A stretch of DNA of 57,799 nt from positions 62,001 to 119,799 of IMG/VR virus record IMGVR_UViG_3300033571_026375. One strand, given 5' to 3'. Made by a program: the position numbers and the translations under genes. This document shows positions 57,519-57,799 of the stretch, piece after piece. The notes beneath the pieces were generated by a model, which ran no database searches, was not told the origin of the DNA, and worked only from the letters and a program-made list of their open reading frames with translations. The DNA comes from an uncultured virus (IMG/VR IMGVR_UViG_3300033571_026375). Taxonomy: Duplodnaviria; Heunggongvirae; Uroviricota; Caudoviricetes. How positions within the stretch are numbered: position 1 is the first letter of the stretch; every line of letters starts with the position of its first letter.

Positions 57519-57799
57519 ATGTATCCGATTATCCGAAATGCAAAACGACAAGCCAGAATGGTTTTCCTGGGAATAGCAATCCCTACCGAAGTGAAAAACA
57601 TAGATGGTGAAGATATCCAAGTTGAGAAGGTGATCAAATTCAACCGAACCGCCCTGAAGAATATGGGCAAGCGTAAGGTGGAAAAGAACGATCCCCGCTT
57701 TGTGGGGGGTACTGATCATATGATCATGCGTGTGGGAAAGCCTGGCTCATCTGAGCGTGTGCAGGCTCTCGCCTCACAATATGCCGCGATTATGGAGTG
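57519..57799 (+). CDS. Hypothetical protein, truncated by the window edge (not in the ORF track)
   Basis: Read manually: MYPIIRNAKRQARMVFLGIAIP...GKPGSSERVQALASQYAAIME, open to the end of the window. Its leader (AGAAAGAAAAAGAA-ATG) resembles that of the preceding gene. Confidence 0.7.
   Translation, partial: MYPIIRNAKRQARMVFLGIAIPTEVKNIDGEDIQVEKVIKFNRTALKNMGKRKVEKNDPRFVGGTDHMIMRVGKPGSSERVQALASQYAAIME

Noticed and set aside
56566..57719. Minus-strand ORFs at the right end (56566..56904, 57145..57489, 57189..57389, 57479..57670, 57492..57719)
   Set aside because: They are antisense to better-supported plus-strand genes that have promoter, leader or terminator signals.
1..57799. Stop-codon reassignment, tRNA genes, CRISPR arrays, introns or inteins in terL or capsid
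   Set aside because: Genes are full-length in the standard code, with TAA, TAG and TGA all used as stops. No cloverleaf, repeat-spacer array or insertion was seen by eye.

Overview
This window is the virion-morphogenesis region of a large, AT-rich tailed dsDNA phage, probably a siphovirus, since no sheath gene lies between the neck genes and the tape measure. Nearly all genes from about 56.4 kb down to the left edge are on the minus strand. In transcription order they are: sigma-like factor, possible small terminase, GDP-mannose 4,6-dehydratase, HNH nuclease, ERCC4 nuclease, large terminase, portal, protease/scaffold, decoration protein, major capsid protein and head-tail adaptor. Then follow a ~22 kb block of fibre/adhesin genes (one of 4690 aa), neck proteins, a duplicated-domain tail tube, chaperone-like genes, a 5391-aa tape measure protein (TMP) and a fibre gene cut by the window edge. 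Small plus-strand genes and a dense cluster of inverted promoter/operator motifs occupy the right end. The main candidate for a new system is the TMP. It is built like a polyprotein: five copies of an invariant 17-aa motif (GTDTVPAMLTPGEFVVN) with diverged codons, plus degenerate copies and paired 'xxGG' motifs, separate cargo segments. These segments include an apparently intact HAD phosphatase, two PD-(D/E)xK-like nuclease motif sets and membrane-like segments, which suggests a TMP that delivers effectors with the genome. All functional calls come from reading motifs by eye and from gene order; no searches were run.
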